Assembly (NCBI GenBank): GCA_963787835.1
Contig: CAWBEI010000002.1
Coordinates: forward strand, 640,001-704,000
From: Ignavibacteriota bacterium
Lineage (GTDB): Bacteria; Bacteroidota; Ignavibacteria; Palsa-1295
Direction of reading: 5' to 3'
DNA length: 64,000 bases
The notes beneath the pieces are model-generated. The model was not told the DNA's origin and did no database searches. It saw only the letters and a list, made by a program, of their open reading frames with translations. Positions 59,524 through 64,000 of this stretch are shown here, one piece after another; the stretch's first letter is position 1, and the number at the start of each line of letters is the position of its first letter. Both the position numbers and the translations under genes were made by a program.

Positions 59524-59561
59524 CTTCTTACTTCTTACCTCTTACCTCTTACTTCTTACCT
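59524..59561. repeat. Heptamer array CYTCTTA x5
   Basis: cttctta cttctta cctctta cctctta cttctta; same family as 13690-13790. Confidence 0.85.
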
Positions 59562-59574
59562 CGGCGAAGCCGGA

Positions 59575-59612
59575 AACCACCTCCGATACCGTAATAAGCT
59601 TCATGACTTCTT
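59575..59612. repeat. Direct-repeat copy of the GT9 3' end (partner at 60310-60348)
   Basis: AACCACCTCCGATACCGTAATAAGCTTCATG identical over 31 bp, then ACTTCTT after a 1-nt indel. Confidence 0.9.
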
Positions 59613-59628
59613 GGAGCGATTCCTTTCA

Positions 59629-59654
59629 ATTTGTTGTAATATGTTACAACAAAT
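59629..59654. promoter_or_regulatory. Probable higBA operator
   Basis: Perfect 11-bp arms ATTTGTTGTAA-tatg-TTACAACAAAT abutting the higB ATG. Confidence 0.65.
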
Positions 59655-59940
59655 GCATATCATCACTCGGAAGCGCCTTAACGAGTTTGTCGAGAGACAT
59701 CCGGATGCCTTCACGGGTTTCGATGAATGGTACCGCAAGGCCAAGCGAGCAAAATGGCAAAATTTTGCCGAGCTTAAGGCGACGTTCGGCTCCGCAGATC
59801 TGGTCGGAAGATATATTGTCTTTAATATCGGCGGCAATAAATTTCGACTCATTGCAAGCCTCCGATACCAACGGCAGAAAGTATATATCAGAGCATGCTT
59901 AACGCATAAGGAATACGATGAAAACAAATGGAAAGACTAA
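59653..59940 (+). CDS. higB: HigB toxin
   Basis: MHIITRKRL, TFGSADLV, VFNIGGNKFRLI and THKEYD..KW. Confidence 0.92.
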   Translation: MHIITRKRLNEFVERHPDAFTGFDEWYRKAKRAKWQNFAELKATFGSADLVGRYIVFNIGGNKFRLIASLRYQRQKVYIRACLTHKEYDENKWKD

Positions 59941-60223
59941 ATTAAAATCCGAGAGTAGTGCCGTCATGGCATGGACTCCGTCCTCGCACATCATCAATGT
60001 TCCCGCAAACGAAGCAGAGTACAATGAATTAGTTGCCGTGCTCGATTATTTGCTCGACACCAGCGATCCCGATGAACAAAGCCCGGCCGCTGCGTTAGTG
60101 GATATGATCGGCTCACTCATCGAAAGCTACGAGAACGCAAACGTGCCCGAACTTTCAGCTCCCCGCCGCAAAAGCCGCGCACATCGCCCCATCATTACTC
60201 CTCGCCAATTTAAAGCAGCTTAA
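59918..60223 (+). CDS. HigA-like antitoxin N-domain, lacking a recognisable HTH
   Basis: NEAEYNELV..LDYLLD..LIESYE matches the HigA toxin-binding half; the protein ends in a basic tail. Confidence 0.65.
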   Translation: MKTNGKTKLKSESSAVMAWTPSSHIINVPANEAEYNELVAVLDYLLDTSDPDEQSPAAALVDMIGSLIESYENANVPELSAPRRKSRAHRPIITPRQFKAA

Positions 60224-60240
60224 GGTGCGTCCTCCCCAAT

Positions 60241-60303
60241 TTATAATTCATACTTCATAATTCATACTTCATAATTCATACTTCATAATTCATACTTCAT
60301 AAT
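60241..60303. repeat. Heptamer array (TCATAAT/TCATACT alternating, 9 units)
   Basis: Direct reading; encodes the GT9 C-terminus IMKYEL and its stop on the minus strand. Confidence 0.9.
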
Positions 60304-61476
60304 TGCCCCAACCACCTCCGATACCGTAATAAGCTTCATGCACTTCTTATGCCCGCAATTATGCACGTTGTAAGGCTTTAAATACCCAAGTTGGAGGCAG
60401 GGAGAACACTCAACTCCTTTGAATACATCAATATGCTTCTCTGACAGACTACGATAGCCCCAATAATCGGACATTCCAAAAACACGGACTGTCGGAGTTC
60501 CGACCGCCATTGCGATATGACCGATACCACTATCATTCCCAATCATTGCATCACATCGCGAAAGCAACGAAGCAACTTCGAAAATAGAATAACTACCAGA
60601 TAAATTGATTGACGATGATTTGACAAATTTTGATGCCTCCTCTATTTGTTCTTTCTCGCTCGCAACCCCGAAATGCAAAAAAACAGGATCATATTCTACT
60701 GAAAGATCACGCAAAACTTCAGCAAACCGATCATCGTCCCATTTTTTCCAATGTTGTGCCTTACTTGCACCAAAGTGAGTTCCTATCACAACTCGACCAT
60801 CAAGCTGATTCTTTAACCAAAAAGATTCAGCAAATTTCTTTTCTGAATCATTCAAAGAAATATTCGGAGTAATGTAGGTAACCTCTTCTCCAATTAATTT
60901 GCTAATTAGCCTTGAATGTCGACTCGTTTCGTGTTCATGATCTTGCTTAAGCCTTACTGAAATATTGAACATTTGGTTGGGACGCGGCTTGTACCATTTA
61001 TCCCAGGAAAAAACGTGACCCACGCGAATCGGCGCGCTAAGTATCGCACTTGTGAAGTAAGGGGTCGGCGACATGTAGGTGCAGATAATTATATCATACT
61101 TTTCTTTCTTAATTTTATGGTTCAAACCTCGTAATTCGGACAATGATAATGATTTGAAATCCGCTTCCAAAACCATGCGGAATTCTCTTCCTTCCATTTG
61201 CATTAGTCTCTGCAGCATTGGTCGGCTTTGGGATTCTGTTCCAACAATAACGTCAATTTGAGCCATCGGAAAAGCGTTGAGAATGGCTCGGAGCGATTGC
61301 TGAAACATGAGAGCATCACCAAGGCCCATATATCCGAAAATGAGGATTTTGATCTGCTCCTCTTGAAATTTCGTGACTTTAGGGTGTTTTGAAGGTTTTA
61401 GGTATGACAGAATGATAGCCAAAACCGTTTTGGTTAGCAGATAAGCAACCTTTAGTCCTCGTGAAAAAATAGCCAA
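60283..61476 (-). CDS. Glycosyltransferase family 9 (heptosyltransferase-like)
   Basis: GLGDALM, KKW..DRF, GNDSGIGHIA, CSPC and CMKLITV; AT-rich. Confidence 0.88.
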   Translation of the reverse strand: MAIFSRGLKVAYLLTKTVLAIILSYLKPSKHPKVTKFQEEQIKILIFGYMGLGDALMFQQSLRAILNAFPMAQIDVIVGTESQSRPMLQRLMQMEGREFRMVLEADFKSLSLSELRGLNHKIKKEKYDIIICTYMSPTPYFTSAILSAPIRVGHVFSWDKWYKPRPNQMFNISVRLKQDHEHETSRHSRLISKLIGEEVTYITPNISLNDSEKKFAESFWLKNQLDGRVVIGTHFGASKAQHWKKWDDDRFAEVLRDLSVEYDPVFLHFGVASEKEQIEEASKFVKSSSINLSGSYSIFEVASLLSRCDAMIGNDSGIGHIAMAVGTPTVRVFGMSDYWGYRSLSEKHIDVFKGVECSPCLQLGYLKPYNVHNCGHKKCMKLITVSEVVGAIMKYEL

Positions 61477-61484
61477 AATGTGCT

Positions 61485-64000
61485 ATGAAAAAAATACTTA
61501 GAAATTACCGTTCTTTTGGTAAGGCGTATTTGATTGGTTCAGTTCTAATTACGCTTCTTTTTTCGAGTTTACTTCGCGCCCAAACGTGGCATTACATCGC
61601 CTCAATGAATTACGCAAGGACTGAGCATCGTGGTGTCGCGTTCCCAGACGGCCGAGTTCTTATTGCTGGCGGTAATAATGGCAGTTCGGTGCTTTCGAGT
61701 TGCGAAATTTATGATCCCCAAACAAATACCTGGACTAAGACCGGTTCAATGAACGAACCAAGATACCGCTTTGCAATGATGACGTTAGCGGACGGTCGAA
61801 TATTGGTTGCGGGTGGTCTAACGGATATGGGAACGTCCACAACTGCCGGCTGCGAAATATATGATATTAGTACAGGCGTATGGACCCAGATGAATCCAAT
61901 GCTCACTCCGAGAGAAAATTTTCCGCTTTTGCTATTGCCAGATGGTAAAGTCTTCATCAATGGAGGTGCTAACGCAAATAACGGTACTTACTTAACCGCA
62001 ACCGAGCTATTCGATCCTGTTGCGAATACTCACCAGTCGTTAGCATCCATGGACACTGGTGTTTTCGGTCAGATAGCGTTTTATGATTCTTTAAACAAGC
62101 ATGTCTTAATTCAAGGAGGAAGCTATGGGGGACTTTTGGGACATTACATTTCCGCAACACAAATCTATGACATCGCTACAAATAATTGGTCGCTAGGTCC
62201 AAATTCCTATGACAAGCACGATGCGGGAACTTACTGTGAAACCCCAGATCAAGGATTGCTCGGAATCGGAGGTCGATCTAGTTCATACGTAGCAAATGAC
62301 GTAATCGAGGTTCTCCGCTCGCCATATAATGCCTGGGATACTCTCGGTCATCTCACATCGGCCCGTTGGTCTGGGTCTGTGTTACTAGTATCCGGCGACT
62401 CGATTTTTGACATTGGTGGAAATAATGATCCTGGTGTCAATACTAATGTTTATGACTCTACAAACTGGTTCAATTATAAAACTGGAAAAGTAACGCAGGG
62501 GCCAAGATTGATAGTACCAAGAAGTGCATTTGTGGCTGTTGTCTCAAGAGTCCCCCTCCACCCCTGTACAGACAGTGTGGAAGTCTTGGTTTTCGGCGGA
62601 ACTTCAACAGGTCAAGTAATAAATTCTTGTGAGGCGTTGTCTCTTGGCGCAATAGCCGATTCTGTCCATTCCCCCTCCCTCCTTTCCCTTTCCCAAACCA
62701 CGCAATCGGTGCTCGATACGGCGTGCGGGAAAGCAAAGGATACCGCATTTCATCTTGGCGGCACCGGGTGTCCGGGGGTAACGCTGGATAGCGCATATTT
62801 CATGGGTTCCTCGGCGTTCAGGATTGGGGATACACGTAGTACGCCGCGCACGCTCGATTCGCTCGATAGCGTTCGCATCGTCTTTAACCCGACCTCGACC
62901 GGAGGCGATACGTCGTATCTTCACATCAAATACGATCTCGGTTCGGGTTCCCACGATACCGTCATAACGATCGTAGGCACATCCACACACGCTCCGGGGA
63001 CGCTCACACTTTCGCAAACCGTGCAATCGGTTTTTGATTTGAACTGTGCTCCGAAAGATACGTCCTTCCATCTTGGCGGAACCGGCTGCAATGGCGTAAC
63101 GCTCGAAGGTGCTTCGATCACCGGCTCCTCCGCATTCCGTATTATTGATTCGCGTGGAGCACCGCGCGCGCTCGATTCGCTCGATAGCGTCCGCATCGTC
63201 TTTACACCCACCCCGCCCGGCACCGATACGTCCTATCTCCATCTGCAGTATGATCCTGGTACCGGTTCGCGCGATACCATTGTTACGCTGGTGGGCTCTT
63301 CCAGAAACGCTCCCACTACCTTTTCCCTTTCGCCAACAACGGAATCCTTATTCGATACGATCTGCAATGCGCGGGATACGTCTTACAAATTTGGCGGCAC
63401 GGGGTGTCCGGGCGTCCTGCTCGATAAAATGTTCCTGACGGGTTCCTCGGCATTTCAGATCGAAGATGCACGATCCATGCCGCGTACCCTCGACTCGCTC
63501 GACAGCGTACGCATTGTTTACACCCCCGCTCCTCCGGGAGTCGATACCACGTATCTCCATCTTGTCTATAACACGGGTTCCGGCGATCGCGATACGATCA
63601 TTACCCTCATCGGTGCGATCGATCCCTCGCTTCGCAAAGTGTTCCTGGAAACCTTATCCTCGCCGCAAGTCGTAGAAGCAACCTGCGTTCCACTTTCGAT
63701 TCCGATCCCACTTTGGATCAACGGCTGTATTGCCAACGGCGGGAGATTAGATTCGGCGTACCTTACCGGTTCCTCTGCGATTCATATCAGCGACAAACGC
63801 AGCGCGCCGCGTTCGCTTAACTCGTTCGACAGTGTGCAGTTGCAATATCTGCCAGGCGCCACCGCTCCGGATACGGCAGTGTTGCATCTTACCTACGATC
63901 TGGGTTCCGGCACGGTCGATACCACGATCACCGTGATCGGCAACATTGTCAACCCGCTTCCGCCCCCAGCCATTTTAATTCCCCCAACGATACAAAGCAT
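61485..64000 (+). CDS. Kelch-repeat secreted protein with tandem ~106-aa Ig-like repeats (partial, runs off right edge)
   Basis: Not in the ORF track. Manual translation gives a signal peptide, kelch blades (DGRVLIAGG..CEIYDP..W) and repeats starting near 62688, 63009 and 63327 plus a diverged fourth. Confidence 0.85.
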   Translation, partial: MKKILRNYRSFGKAYLIGSVLITLLFSSLLRAQTWHYIASMNYARTEHRGVAFPDGRVLIAGGNNGSSVLSSCEIYDPQTNTWTKTGSMNEPRYRFAMMTLADGRILVAGGLTDMGTSTTAGCEIYDISTGVWTQMNPMLTPRENFPLLLLPDGKVFINGGANANNGTYLTATELFDPVANTHQSLASMDTGVFGQIAFYDSLNKHVLIQGGSYGGLLGHYISATQIYDIATNNWSLGPNSYDKHDAGTYCETPDQGLLGIGGRSSSYVANDVIEVLRSPYNAWDTLGHLTSARWSGSVLLVSGDSIFDIGGNNDPGVNTNVYDSTNWFNYKTGKVTQGPRLIVPRSAFVAVVSRVPLHPCTDSVEVLVFGGTSTGQVINSCEALSLGAIADSVHSPSLLSLSQTTQSVLDTACGKAKDTAFHLGGTGCPGVTLDSAYFMGSSAFRIGDTRSTPRTLDSLDSVRIVFNPTSTGGDTSYLHIKYDLGSGSHDTVITIVGTSTHAPGTLTLSQTVQSVFDLNCAPKDTSFHLGGTGCNGVTLEGASITGSSAFRIIDSRGAPRALDSLDSVRIVFTPTPPGTDTSYLHLQYDPGTGSRDTIVTLVGSSRNAPTTFSLSPTTESLFDTICNARDTSYKFGGTGCPGVLLDKMFLTGSSAFQIEDARSMPRTLDSLDSVRIVYTPAPPGVDTTYLHLVYNTGSGDRDTIITLIGAIDPSLRKVFLETLSSPQVVEATCVPLSIPIPLWINGCIANGGRLDSAYLTGSSAIHISDKRSAPRSLNSFDSVQLQYLPGATAPDTAVLHLTYDLGSGTVDTTITVIGNIVNPLPPPAILIPPTIQS

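Noticed and set aside
60241-60303. CRISPR array (also considered for the other repeats)
   Set aside because: Tandem heptamers without unique spacers; no cas genes.
282-63675. Many alternative-frame and antisense ORFs in the track (e.g. 4197-4856, 32626-33315, 40387-41319, 52519-53265, 62604-63242)
   Set aside because: They overlap well-supported genes and carry no recognisable motifs; shadow ORFs.

Overview
Chromosomal window from a diderm bacterium of the Bacteroidota/Chlorobi/Ignavibacteria/Kapabacteria assemblage. This is inferred from T9SS C-terminal sorting domains, a fused E1 alpha/beta 2-oxoacid dehydrogenase, bshB1, Bacteroidota-type LptD and PD40-OmpA proteins. It holds mostly housekeeping and envelope genes (gmhB, bshB1, lipB, methylmalonyl-CoA mutase, murB, queE-F-D-C, lptD, tilS, aat). 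It also has four type II toxin-antitoxin pairs, one IS200-like Y1 transposase inside long inverted repeats, several T9SS cargo proteins, and a UbiA phosphoribosyltransferase flanked by four GT-C-like membrane proteins. The most striking signal is at the DNA level. At least five unrelated families of short palindromic or heptamer repeats occur between genes, and four of them also appear in frame inside conserved genes (aat, murB twice, the mutase, DUF4175, an Ig-like lipoprotein). There they supply loops, C-termini and one signal-peptide core, recalling Rickettsia palindromic elements but with several families. Other notable items are a diverged ~265-bp promoter-bearing element in two copies with no gene, a higBA module bracketed by a 31-bp duplication of a glycosyltransferase 3' end, and a Sec-signal protein with Hcp-like motifs but no T6SS. 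No rRNA, tRNA or CRISPR array was seen. All calls come from reading motifs by eye; no database search was run.
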